Virus record (IMG/VR): IMGVR_UViG_3300028833_000068
Location: 107,412-171,411 of that record
DNA length: 64,000 bases
Strand: one strand, 5' to 3'
Source: a virus
Lineage: Duplodnaviria > Caudoviricetes
The translations under genes and the position numbers were made by a program. Positions 49,608 through 59,350 of the stretch are shown here, in pieces (positions within the stretch are counted from its first letter, which is position 1; every line of letters starts with the position of its first letter). The notes below the pieces were generated by a model, which saw only the letters and a list, made by a program, of their open reading frames with translations, searched no databases and was not told the DNA's origin.

Positions 49608-49610
49608 AAC

Positions 49611-50540
49611 TTAAGATATTTTTACATAATCTGAAAGGATTGAATCAATGTCATATCCTTCTAATTCTTTAATGTAGCCACTCCAATCACCACATTGTTC
49701 CATACCAGCCCAAGGATGAACGTGATGCATAATTGCCCCCTTAATAAGTTTAAGTAAAGTAACTAATTTATCACCCTTTGGGACTGGATGTAATTTATCC
49801 ATAATCTCATCCATTTTAGATTCAGCAACCAAAGTATTTTTATCATTTAAGTTGTGGGCAATCTCATTGTCCTTGTTACTCATAATGTTAATTCTGTTTG
49901 CCACAATATTAACGATAGAATTTGCTTGGTTCTTTTCGTGCGTTGCTAAACCTTGTTTATATTTCAATTGTATATAAGCTGGGTCTTGGTCATTAAATAT
50001 AATATTTCCAATCATATTTGGATTACTAGAATTTGTAGCTTCTCCACGAATACCAGCCCTGAGGTCAACTTCACTAGTCTTTGTTGTGTTGTCATATTTT
50101 AAGGTAATATCTTCTCTTCCCCTACCAATAACTGCAACATCTTCAGATTTTGGAAATGACCCCCTAGTATCATCTACATTTGAAATTTTTTCAATTGGCT
50201 TGTGCTGACGTATTTGGAATAATGACGTTGACTTTTCCTTTGAACAATCTGTAAAATATTGTGGTTGGGATATAATTGGGCCTAAAAAATATCTTTGTGA
50301 AGAATGTTTATCTCCACCTTTATCTTCTTCCATGAAAATAAACACACCTTCTCCAACTTTAGGAATACTTTGGAATACTTTTGGTAGCAAAGGAAATGCC
50401 CAAGGTATATCATTTATATCTCTTGCTCTGTCTTTCCCTTCTAGTTCTGCACGTATTCTAAGTCCATCATATCCATCTTTAGAATAAGTATTTTCAACTT
50501 CCCTAACAATTCCTATGTTAATAGAAAAATTACTCATCAC
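49611..50540 (-). CDS. Baseplate central spike (gp5/gpV-like)
   Basis: OB-fold PWAFPL.......PKVGE.V.I and C-terminal HVHP (HxH) motif. Confidence 0.65.
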   Translation of the reverse strand: MMSNFSINIGIVREVENTYSKDGYDGLRIRAELEGKDRARDINDIPWAFPLLPKVFQSIPKVGEGVFIFMEEDKGGDKHSSQRYFLGPIISQPQYFTDCSKEKSTSLFQIRQHKPIEKISNVDDTRGSFPKSEDVAVIGRGREDITLKYDNTTKTSEVDLRAGIRGEATNSSNPNMIGNIIFNDQDPAYIQLKYKQGLATHEKNQANSIVNIVANRINIMSNKDNEIAHNLNDKNTLVAESKMDEIMDKLHPVPKGDKLVTLLKLIKGAIMHHVHPWAGMEQCGDWSGYIKELEGYDIDSILSDYVKIS

Positions 50541-50721
50541 TCAAAACCCCTCTCTTATTTAACTCGCTAGTTGCCTTATTATACAAATAATCCAAGTCTT
50601 CCAATTCATGTACCAACTCAATTATTTTATCCTTCTTAACCTTATATTCATTGTCATAACCCATAATCTTAAGATTAATCTCTGAGTTTGACATTTTACT
50701 AAAATCTACATTTCTATTCAT
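50530..50721 (-). CDS. Small coiled-coil protein
   Basis: 63-aa ORF in the operon. Confidence 0.55.
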   Translation of the reverse strand: MNRNVDFSKMSNSEINLKIMGYDNEYKVKKDKIIELVHELEDLDYLYNKATSELNKRGVLSDE

Positions 50722-50723
50722 GA

Positions 50724-51116
50724 TTAGTCTGCTTTATTTAATACTGTTGGAGATTGTACTAGTGTCCCAAATGCTGTAAAAGGTCCTCCACCATTTGCCC
50801 CAGTAACAGAAACAACACCAGTTCCTGGAACAGTTCCTCCTTGTATTATCATATCCATTTTAATTCCCCTATAAATTTCTTTAGTACTAGCAAATGCAAA
50901 TGCTAAAGTAAGATTAGGACTTCCATCTGGCATTGCCCCAGTAGGTATTCCAAGTTTATTCAAATCCCTTGTTATATTTGCCACAGATTGAATAACTGAA
51001 AGTCCTGGTCTACGTATCATAGAACACACTAATAAGATTTTGTTCAATTGTGGAAATGGCGGTCTTATTCTACTGAAATAATTGTTTATTGTTTGACAAA
51101 TCTCTGCTATGCCCAT
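50724..51116 (-). CDS. Hypothetical baseplate-region protein
   Basis: 130-aa ORF, Gly-rich beta C-terminus, near the spike gene. Confidence 0.5.
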   Translation of the reverse strand: MGIAEICQTINNYFSRIRPPFPQLNKILLVCSMIRRPGLSVIQSVANITRDLNKLGIPTGAMPDGSPNLTLAFAFASTKEIYRGIKMDMIIQGGTVPGTGVVSVTGANGGGPFTAFGTLVQSPTVLNKAD

Positions 51117-51119
51117 ATG

Positions 51120-53222
51120 TTAACAGTTTTTAGTTGGTGTATCCACACCGTTATTTTTACTAGATTCTATGTCAGCATAATCGACAGTATCAAGTTTTGT
51201 TTCTAAATCATCACCTCCAAAACTCCACCATATGCTAGGACAATTTCGTATAATGTCATTAATTGCTTCAGTATAATTCTCAAGCTGCTCTCTTACAATT
51301 GCAGATTGAAGGGTTGCTACAATAGGGGCTAAGTGCTTAAGCAATAACTTGGTTAACTCTTGAAGTATTAAATCTCTTATTTCCCTAATGATTGAAATGA
51401 TGATACTTCTAACAGCTATAAGTAAATCTTCAAACGTTATCTTCTGGCGTTTACCACCCATAATGGTTTCATTAACCTCAAGAAGCATTAACACTTTAGG
51501 ACTTAAAACTGATTTAACTATCGCTAATGTTAGCTGTTCGATTAAGTCAGTTACAAAACTAAATTGTACATTAACCTCATCACCACCTTCGACACCTTCT
51601 GTAACACTTACAGCAGCTTGAGTGATGGTTCGTTTCAAGACATCTATCTGGCCATTAACATCTACTGCATCATCATATTCATTTAAAATATCTATAACTG
51701 ATTTAAAGTCTCGCCTTTTAGCCTTTTTTTCTGCTGTATTTCTTAATAATGCGTCATACTTTTCATTACTGAAAGTGAAGAAGCAATCTTCTACTGTAGA
51801 ATCATCAGAATTAATGATGTTTTTCAATATTTCACGAATGGTATCAGTTGCTTCTTGATGTTCTACACTTAGTCCAACATTCAATCCTAATCTCATATTC
51901 TTCAATGAATCAAATAGGTTTGTGACAATTGTTTTTGGGTCAAAAAGCTTCATTCCCATTACATAGTCATAATTGAACTCATAAACAGTAAGCCCCTTGT
52001 AGCATTCCATCAAGTTTTTTACAACCTCATTTTTATCTGACACTGTAACTTCACCACTTTTCTTATCAATAGTAACTTTTCCACCTAAATATTCTAAATT
52101 TGGGCTATCACTAATATCTGCCAATGTATACTTACCATTGGGGTCATATTCACCCTTTGAATTGAATAATAATTTCTTAAATCTCCAAGGTGGTTCTCCT
52201 TCATTGATGTTTGGAATGTGCATCAATGGCTTTGGTAAAATCGTAAAGCGGAATTTGTTATTAACAAGACCAGTTATTGGTTCATCACTACTAGTAGCTT
52301 GGTCTAAGAATTGTAAGTTACAAATACCTATTTCCTTGTTATAGTCTCTAGATGCTCCACTTGTCCAAAGTAAATTCTTTGTTAATTGATTTGCTCTTCT
52401 TATATACCAATTAACTGAATTCCAATCATCTGATACTGGAACTAACGTATTTTTCATAATCTCATTACTTTTATCATACTGACTATCAATACACATTGAA
52501 ATAATGTGAGGTGAACCAGTATATGTAAAAGTATTTCCTTGAAGTATATTAGATTTAAGGTCTCCATTATAAAACATCTCAACTTTTTCTAATAAAGAGT
52601 TTCCACTTACATTAGTTGCTCCTCCACCATGAATTGGGTCAGTAAATGTACTCATGTCACTAATTTGAGATGAGTTTGGGAAATGTCCCTTATGCATTAC
52701 AAACCAAAGAAAAGCATCGAAATCATCTGCCCTAGCGAACTTATATACATCAGTCACCCCACTTAACCCAAAATACATATTCTTACCTTCATCAGATAAT
52801 GGACTTATAGTCAATTTATTAAAGAAATCAATTGTTTCCAAACTAATGTCAATTCCATATTCTTGGGATGTGTTAGTATTGTTTGGTACTTTGTGTTGTT
52901 TTCTATACTTATCTGGTATTCTTGGGTCTATTGAACAACTTACCATTGTCTTAAGATTGGTTAGCAAAATGGCTTTAACTGCAATTTCTAAAGAAGCCGT
53001 GTATACGGTGAGAAAATTTGTAAGAAAATCTACGAGTTCTTCATAAGTAATACCAATTTCCTTTAATAACTGCAATATGAATTCCATTGGGTTTATTGCC
53101 ATACCAAGTGACAGCGATGGAGATGTAGATAATAATGTTAATACGGTTAACACCTTATCTATTGCCTTCGCAGCATTCACATTTGCTATAGTATCTTGTT
53201 GTTGTTGCTTTGCACTAGCCAT
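51120..53222 (-). CDS. Large hypothetical (probably structural) protein
   Basis: 700-aa ORF in the late operon. Confidence 0.6.
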   Translation of the reverse strand: MASAKQQQQDTIANVNAAKAIDKVLTVLTLLSTSPSLSLGMAINPMEFILQLLKEIGITYEELVDFLTNFLTVYTASLEIAVKAILLTNLKTMVSCSIDPRIPDKYRKQHKVPNNTNTSQEYGIDISLETIDFFNKLTISPLSDEGKNMYFGLSGVTDVYKFARADDFDAFLWFVMHKGHFPNSSQISDMSTFTDPIHGGGATNVSGNSLLEKVEMFYNGDLKSNILQGNTFTYTGSPHIISMCIDSQYDKSNEIMKNTLVPVSDDWNSVNWYIRRANQLTKNLLWTSGASRDYNKEIGICNLQFLDQATSSDEPITGLVNNKFRFTILPKPLMHIPNINEGEPPWRFKKLLFNSKGEYDPNGKYTLADISDSPNLEYLGGKVTIDKKSGEVTVSDKNEVVKNLMECYKGLTVYEFNYDYVMGMKLFDPKTIVTNLFDSLKNMRLGLNVGLSVEHQEATDTIREILKNIINSDDSTVEDCFFTFSNEKYDALLRNTAEKKAKRRDFKSVIDILNEYDDAVDVNGQIDVLKRTITQAAVSVTEGVEGGDEVNVQFSFVTDLIEQLTLAIVKSVLSPKVLMLLEVNETIMGGKRQKITFEDLLIAVRSIIISIIREIRDLILQELTKLLLKHLAPIVATLQSAIVREQLENYTEAINDIIRNCPSIWWSFGGDDLETKLDTVDYADIESSKNNGVDTPTKNC

Positions 53223-53620
53223 TACTTCTTAAGTTCAATAGTCTTAGTTTTCTCTTTTCCTTGATATGATTCATCCACCATCTTCTTGATGTCATCAAAG
53301 TTAAAATCCATATTCTTCATATTACTTCCATTCTCAAATGCATCCTTTACATCACCATTTGACTTCAATACATCTGCCAAAATCTTTGCAATATCCAACT
53401 TCTTAGATATTGCCTTATCCTTCATTCCAAGATAATCATTAATTGCCTTTGCATACTTTGTTCGAGCCTCCATAGGCTCATTTTCCAACTGAGATGCAAC
53501 TGACAATTTGTTTATCTCATTCTGAGCTTGAATCATCTGTTCGTCACTAATTCTATATGCCTCTTGTAAGAGGTCTTTCAAGCTCTGCATATCATTCAAT
53601 TCTATCTTTAATTTTCCCAT
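53222..53620 (-). CDS. Hypothetical coiled-coil protein
   Basis: 132-aa ORF; ATATTTAT motif at 53638-53645. Confidence 0.6.
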   Translation of the reverse strand: MGKLKIELNDMQSLKDLLQEAYRISDEQMIQAQNEINKLSVASQLENEPMEARTKYAKAINDYLGMKDKAISKKLDIAKILADVLKSNGDVKDAFENGSNMKNMDFNFDDIKKMVDESYQGKEKTKTIELKK

Positions 53621-53644
53621 AAATTCTTTACTTTAACATAAATA

Positions 53645-54433
53645 TTATTCATTTATAATTTTCCATTTAACTTCATAATATCTTTTCTTATATATCTTTA
53701 AAGAATCACGAATTTCCTTTGTGTTCATATTGGTGGTTTCTTTCAAGAACAATAAAATAGAACTCTTATTGAATTTATTGCTTCCCATTTGGGCAAATAT
53801 GTCATCCCAATTGGTCATAAGGGTCAATAAAGCACTTCCAACCTTAATCTCATTCTCATTGAGCTTAAGTTTCTCCTTATCAGCCAATATTCGCTTGATA
53901 TTTTCAACGGTATTACCAGTTAACTCAGAAAGGAAAGTTTTCCTTGGGTCATCATCACTGTATGAAAAACTTAAATTATTATCAAACGTGTTCTGCATAT
54001 CATTCGAAGGATTGTCATATGACTCATTCCTCTTCTGATTCTTAGCAAACTGATTAATCTTATAAATCAAATAATTCTTGCAAATTGTACCACAATATGA
54101 ATACGCCTTGTAATTAGTCGTAGGGTCAAAACAAGATAACTTTGTCATAAGAAATGACATCGTGTCATCAAACGTCTCAACAAACTCCTCAGATGGTGGA
54201 TAAAGTGAATAACGTCTGATGATGCTCTCTATCATCTTTGTAAATGCGGGTCTAAGTATCTCATTGTATATCTTATTTTTCTTATAAGCATCATCAGTAG
54301 ATAGGTAATCGACTACCGCTTGCTCTTCTCGCTCATAAAAATAGCCCTTTCTTTCCTTGGATGGTTTTCTGCCCCTCTTTTTCTTAACTGGGGCTTGTTC
54401 AACTGTTTCAGTAATTCCACTATTTTCAATCAT
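53645..54433 (-). CDS. Phage sigma factor (T4 gp55-like, sigma region 2)
   Basis: YF...E..A...Y; K..ESII..Y; FL..KL..FDP....KAYSY.GTI.KNYLI. Confidence 0.72.
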   Translation of the reverse strand: MIENSGITETVEQAPVKKKRGRKPSKERKGYFYEREEQAVVDYLSTDDAYKKNKIYNEILRPAFTKMIESIIRRYSLYPPSEEFVETFDDTMSFLMTKLSCFDPTTNYKAYSYCGTICKNYLIYKINQFAKNQKRNESYDNPSNDMQNTFDNNLSFSYSDDDPRKTFLSELTGNTVENIKRILADKEKLKLNENEIKVGSALLTLMTNWDDIFAQMGSNKFNKSSILLFLKETTNMNTKEIRDSLKIYKKRYYEVKWKIINE

Positions 54434-54596
54434 TTTCTTAGATTAAAGATATTTATATTTAGGAAATATGTCCTAATTAGTTTTATATTTAATACTAAAT
54501 ATCACGTCAAATCCAAAAATCTACATTGAAAATGTACTTTCTTTCACATTTCTCAATTGAGAAATCTCTGTGTTTGGTTTTTGATGTTTCAAACAA

Positions 54597-54626
54597 AAAG
54601 GCACTAACCATCAAATTAGTGCCTTT
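54597..54626. terminator. Terminator hairpin
   Basis: aaaggcactaa...ttagtgccttt. Confidence 0.7.
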
Positions 54627-54633
54627 GATTTTT

Positions 54634-55422
54634 TTAATCTTCAGCTTTTTCCTCTAGATTTTTCTTATAATCTTCGTATGTCTTATTTCTATCTTCCTTG
54701 AAGAAGTATTCTCTCTTGGCGAGGTCGAAAAGCCACTGTGACTCTTCCTTATCTACAGTTTCCTTATAGATTTCAACAAGAGAACCACTTCTGCCAAGTG
54801 TATGATTATAGCATACCTTTGGAATTACAAATACCTTCTTACTCTTATTTGTTAAGCGAAGAAGCCATTCATACCAGAATGTAATCTTAATTGAAGGTTT
54901 CAATCCACCAACCTCACGCCAATCTGCGGTATTGAAGATAGAACCAGTTAGATAGAAATCAAAATAATTCTGAAGACAATCATTGTCAATATATCCAATC
55001 TCATTTGAAAAAGAACTTGCCCATGCCTCTGCATTGCCAAAACCAATATATTTACCATTATTAAAATCAGTAATATCCTCAAGGAACATAAACACACTCA
55101 TATCTGGCATGAACTCAATATACTTCTTTGCATTGTCTAGCCAAATTGGAGTATAAGTATCATCGAACTCAAGAATTGAAAACCACTTCTCCTCAATGTT
55201 GTTTGCAGCAGTATTCACTAATTCTGCAAATGAATCGCCATCACTCTCAGCAAGCACTGTAAGTCTCTCAGACACCCCCTTAAGCGTTCTGCCATCAACA
55301 CCCTTCTTAACTGAAAGAATGGCTTTCACGCCCTCTGGAATGCTCTCTACAGCCTTATTCAATAACTCTATATTATCCTTACCAAATTCATGCATTGGTA
55401 TTATCACTACCAAGTCCTTCAT
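54634..55422 (-). CDS. Glycosyltransferase family 2-like
   Basis: VVIIP, ILEFDD, W..VGG, YEW.LR, V.PK..Y.H. Confidence 0.75.
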   Translation of the reverse strand: MKDLVVIIPMHEFGKDNIELLNKAVESIPEGVKAILSVKKGVDGRTLKGVSERLTVLAESDGDSFAELVNTAANNIEEKWFSILEFDDTYTPIWLDNAKKYIEFMPDMSVFMFLEDITDFNNGKYIGFGNAEAWASSFSNEIGYIDNDCLQNYFDFYLTGSIFNTADWREVGGLKPSIKITFWYEWLLRLTNKSKKVFVIPKVCYNHTLGRSGSLVEIYKETVDKEESQWLFDLAKREYFFKEDRNKTYEDYKKNLEEKAED

Positions 55423-55427
55423 ATCTC

Positions 55428-56045
55428 TTATTCCCTTTCTTTGTTTTTTTCTTTATTCTTATTTGCAATTGCATAAAATTCTTCTAGACTTTCATCTATC
55501 AATTTCTTGAAATCTGCATTTTCATCCTTAAAAAGTTCTTCAATGGCTTTGCACGCAATAAATACTGCTTCTGCCTCATTGTCAATGTGAAATTTTCTAT
55601 CTTCCCAAGGAATAAAATTACCATTTTCATCTTTAACTGGATTGAACTTATTAATTTTATCCAAGATTTCATAAACATTTACATAATCTTCACCGCAATA
55701 CTTCAAGAAATCCTTGAAATTGTATACACCTTCATCCAATTTGGTGCATACCCTTCTTATCATAGGGAATACAATTGTTTCAAACGACAAATCATTTTCA
55801 GTAAACTCTTTTTCATCCTCATCTTTAGACAAGATGTATACTGCCATTTGTTCATAGGCGAATGAACATTCTTTTCGTTTAATATCATTTAGCCCTTCTA
55901 TGAACCCCAATTTCTGCCATTTTTCCTCATAACTTTGAAGCCGTCTGCGTCCAGCATCACTTTTTTTAAGTTCATTATATGTATGAAAGCATATTCTTCT
56001 ATCCAATTCTATGAAGCTTTTCTGCGCTTTGATAAATTCTCTCAT
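55428..56045 (-). CDS. Protein resembling only the N-terminal segment of T4 gp23-type major capsid proteins
   Basis: KWQKLGFIEGL...YEQMA...FETIVFPMIRRV. Confidence 0.45.
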   Translation of the reverse strand: MREFIKAQKSFIELDRRICFHTYNELKKSDAGRRRLQSYEEKWQKLGFIEGLNDIKRKECSFAYEQMAVYILSKDEDEKEFTENDLSFETIVFPMIRRVCTKLDEGVYNFKDFLKYCGEDYVNVYEILDKINKFNPVKDENGNFIPWEDRKFHIDNEAEAVFIACKAIEELFKDENADFKKLIDESLEEFYAIANKNKEKNKERE

Positions 56046-56048
56046 ACC

Positions 56049-57140
56049 TTATTCCTCTTCTTTTTTATTTTTTATTTGCAACACAAGGTCTTCCATTTCC
56101 TTCTTTCTCTTATCAAGAAGTTCTGTCACATATTTCAAGATATCAGCCTTTGTATTTTCCTCAGTCATTGGTTCATACACTTTCTTAGCCTCTTCTGCAA
56201 GAATTGTAGGAACTTTATCAGTAATCCAAGAACGAACAACACTAGCAATCTGCTTATGCAAGGTATCATAGTCGTTAAACCATACGCAACAGTTAGGTAA
56301 TTCTCCGTTTTCATCGCTAGCCCAATCTACGGTAGTTGTAGGAACTTTAACCATTGTGATACTTCCGCTCTTCATTGCCTCAATTGCAGAATACATAAAG
56401 CTTGCAGTCTCATCAACGACAATTGTGATTGCATTTTCCCTAAGTTCCTTTGCGAACTCTTCTTTGGATAAATTTCTAAGCTCCTTAAATGACACCCATC
56501 TAAAAAATGGATATTTCCAATAGAAAGCCTTTACAATTTTCTTAATATCGCTTTGGTCTTTTGAGATTACGTTAACAACCATTTTCTTTGGGGCATTTGT
56601 GTTTCCAAATATCTTTGAGATATAAGGTCTAACCTTCTTAAGTTTAACATATGGAAAAGCCTCATTAAGTTCTGCTGCTTGATAATCAGAATTGGTAATA
56701 CCTTCCATAATACCGAAATCACCCCACTGTGCTGCATAAGGCATTTGTTCAACAACATAATCATAGTTCTGAAGGATTGCAACCCTCTTACAAGGAAGAT
56801 TCTTTGTTTGATTCATGACTTGAGAGAAAATCTCTGGGATAAACAGCAAATCTGATGGAGAAGTACCAATTTCTCCCTTATTAACATTGAAATGCGGTAG
56901 ATTCGCGTATTCTTCTCCAAGCCAAGCTCCAACACCGACAAATTCGTCTTCAGTATGAAGCATATTAACATCATAACCTTCTTTCTTCAAGATAAGAGCA
57001 AGGTTGTAGATATACTCCAATGAGCCAGAACTAACTCCCTTAGTATCAATTACAAAGAAATTAATCTTATTTTCCTTCTTATCAATTTTTGAAATTTCCT
57101 TTTGGATATTTTCTATTACCTTTAAATCTTTTTCGCTCAT
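56049..57140 (-). CDS. Glycosyltransferase (GT-B-like)
   Basis: SGS..YIY..A..L...GY.V, D...IPE, QN, F....EAM.SG. Confidence 0.65.
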   Translation of the reverse strand: MSEKDLKVIENIQKEISKIDKKENKINFFVIDTKGVSSGSLEYIYNLALILKKEGYDVNMLHTEDEFVGVGAWLGEEYANLPHFNVNKGEIGTSPSDLLFIPEIFSQVMNQTKNLPCKRVAILQNYDYVVEQMPYAAQWGDFGIMEGITNSDYQAAELNEAFPYVKLKKVRPYISKIFGNTNAPKKMVVNVISKDQSDIKKIVKAFYWKYPFFRWVSFKELRNLSKEEFAKELRENAITIVVDETASFMYSAIEAMKSGSITMVKVPTTTVDWASDENGELPNCCVWFNDYDTLHKQIASVVRSWITDKVPTILAEEAKKVYEPMTEENTKADILKYVTELLDKRKKEMEDLVLQIKNKKEEE

Positions 57141-57142
57141 GT

Positions 57143-57469
57143 TTATTCTTCATTTACATCTTTAATTAGTTCATATGCTTTCATTGTGTTCAACGTGATA
57201 TTTTGTCCCATTGTCATAATTTTTTCGTCTTCAATTGAATCTAAAATGTCGATAAACATCTTCACCATATCATAACGAATTGTGTTTTGCCCAGTGTAAT
57301 CATTAACCTTTACTTCCTTTACCTCTCTAGTATTAGGCATCATTGACTTAGATTCCTTATCATAGATGTAATGTTCTGTAATCTCAACCTCATTTGTCTT
57401 ATCATTTGGATTACCAAAGACGAACTCTGTTATCTTATTAATATCAAAAATATACGGTACGCTATTCAT
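57143..57469 (-). CDS. Hypothetical protein
   Basis: 108-aa ORF. Confidence 0.6.
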   Translation of the reverse strand: MNSVPYIFDINKITEFVFGNPNDKTNEVEITEHYIYDKESKSMMPNTREVKEVKVNDYTGQNTIRYDMVKMFIDILDSIEDEKIMTMGQNITLNTMKAYELIKDVNEE

Positions 57470-58068
57470 TATCCTTTAACTTTTTCAAAAAAATTATTAT
57501 CTGCAATAATATCACTTAAATTATTATAGTTTAAAAATGCCTTATCCTTATTTTCCTTATTAAACTGACGATTAATCAATACAACCTTCTTCCCCTCTGG
57601 TGTTTCTTTTTCAAAGAACTCATTCCTTGCAGTGATTACAACATCACACTCATTCCAAACTTCTTCAAGACTCTTTGGAAATATTACCTTTCTTACCCTT
57701 GCCCCAATCTTACTTAAGAAGAAATAACTAGATTGTATTGTTAATGCATCTTCATCAAGACTATAGAATATAATTCTAATATCTTCATCTTCAATATTTG
57801 TGATGTCAGCAAGCCATCCAGTAATCTTTGTTGCTAACTTACTTTCTGCTGTATTTGCCGCACCAAAGCATTCGAAAGGATAATCAACATATAAGAAATT
57901 ATTTTTTTCATACTTGCTCTTAAACTTGCAATATTTTTCAAAGACATCAACTTGGTCATCAAGTTCTTCCCAATCCATTGATGGGTCAAATTCCTTTGCA
58001 TAATATCTTAATATTTGTCTGTTGATATTTCTTACAACGTGATTTAATTCAATACCTATTGTTAACAT
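57469..58068 (-). CDS. HAD-fold 5'(3')-deoxyribonucleotidase-like protein, degenerate active site
   Basis: IGIELNHVVRN in place of the DxDGV motif; ..FLSK, FN terminal motif. Confidence 0.55.
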   Translation of the reverse strand: MLTIGIELNHVVRNINRQILRYYAKEFDPSMDWEELDDQVDVFEKYCKFKSKYEKNNFLYVDYPFECFGAANTAESKLATKITGWLADITNIEDEDIRIIFYSLDEDALTIQSSYFFLSKIGARVRKVIFPKSLEEVWNECDVVITARNEFFEKETPEGKKVVLINRQFNKENKDKAFLNYNNLSDIIADNNFFEKVKG

Positions 58069-58094
58069 ATTTCTCTTTTATTAAAAAATAATGA

Positions 58095-59084
58095 TTATTT
58101 CTGATTTTTCAATGCTTTTTGCAAACATTCTGTGCAAATTATTTCATGACCATCTGCTTCTTGAATATCTGCATCATATACTGACATCTCCTTGCCACAA
58201 ACTGAACAATATCTCTTCCTCTCAGCTTGAACCATTGACACATCTACATCCTTTCTCTCTTTCCTTTCATATTTCTCAGCCATAGACTTTGAATAATACT
58301 TTGCCTCCAAATCCAATGGTACTCTCATATATTCATTCCATTCTAGTGTTAAGAGATATTCATATCCTTCTTGTCTAAATGACTTAAATTTTCCTCCGTT
58401 TATAAAACAATAATTAACAAAATCATCCTCATTATATGCCTTATATGTAGTAAACGCAATATTCTTTATTGATGATGCTATTTCATGCCTTGAAATAAAA
58501 TATTCACTGTTATCTCCCAACAATTTCTTAAGCTCATTTATAAATGGCATTGAAGATTCTTCATAAGGATTTGGCTCTGTACTGAAATGCAATGTGGTTT
58601 GAATTTTTCCACTTTCTTCATTAATATCAACATCAATCTTGGTAGCAAACTTCTCAACCTTAAATCTGACAAATGAATTATATTCTATCTCAAATCTATA
58701 TCTTTCAGCACCATATTTACCAACTTGATTCAAAGTTTGTAATACCGTTTCACATATATTTTCATTATCTTGCGTAAACTTAAACTTTGTCTTCGATGTT
58801 TTCTTATCTGAATTATCTTCTTTTATTGCGATTCCATTTCCCAAATAGCTGTAATTCTTTGATTCATTTTCAACCTTATATGTTCTATATCTCAATTCTT
58901 CAACTTCTTGGGTGACTTCTCCTTTCAATAAATGTTTTCCAACTCTCTGGTCATTTACCTCTTGAGACACTTCAGTTCCATTGCCACCTTCACTGTTAAA
59001 ACCCATTATTTCATCTCCAGCAGCCTTTAGACCAAATGGTAAACCATACCATAAATTAAGGAGATATTTCTTTAACTTATTCAT
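58095..59084 (-). CDS. Hypothetical protein with C-terminal CxxC-CxxC zinc finger
   Basis: CSVCG...CTEC. Confidence 0.6.
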   Translation of the reverse strand: MNKLKKYLLNLWYGLPFGLKAAGDEIMGFNSEGGNGTEVSQEVNDQRVGKHLLKGEVTQEVEELRYRTYKVENESKNYSYLGNGIAIKEDNSDKKTSKTKFKFTQDNENICETVLQTLNQVGKYGAERYRFEIEYNSFVRFKVEKFATKIDVDINEESGKIQTTLHFSTEPNPYEESSMPFINELKKLLGDNSEYFISRHEIASSIKNIAFTTYKAYNEDDFVNYCFINGGKFKSFRQEGYEYLLTLEWNEYMRVPLDLEAKYYSKSMAEKYERKERKDVDVSMVQAERKRYCSVCGKEMSVYDADIQEADGHEIICTECLQKALKNQK

Positions 59085-59337
59085 AATCTATTTCTGTCAT
59101 TAATTTTTTCTTTATTTCATTCATTATTCTATCCTTAATACTAAAATAATGTTGTCTTTCCTCAATAGTACCCCTAAACTCTTGTGGTATCGCAGCTAAT
59201 GGGTCAAGAACATTATCACCAGTAGCCAATACATATCCATCTGTCATTCTAGAATAATCCCTACAAATTTCACTAACAATTTCATATAGTGAAGTTAACT
59301 GGGTAAGAGTCATTTTACTTAATTTCTTCATATGCAA
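59077..59337 (-). CDS. Hypothetical protein
   Basis: 86-aa ORF. Confidence 0.55.
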   Translation of the reverse strand: MHMKKLSKMTLTQLTSLYEIVSEICRDYSRMTDGYVLATGDNVLDPLAAIPQEFRGTIEERQHYFSIKDRIMNEIKKKLMTEIDYE

Positions 59338-59350
59338 AAACTATGCCAAA

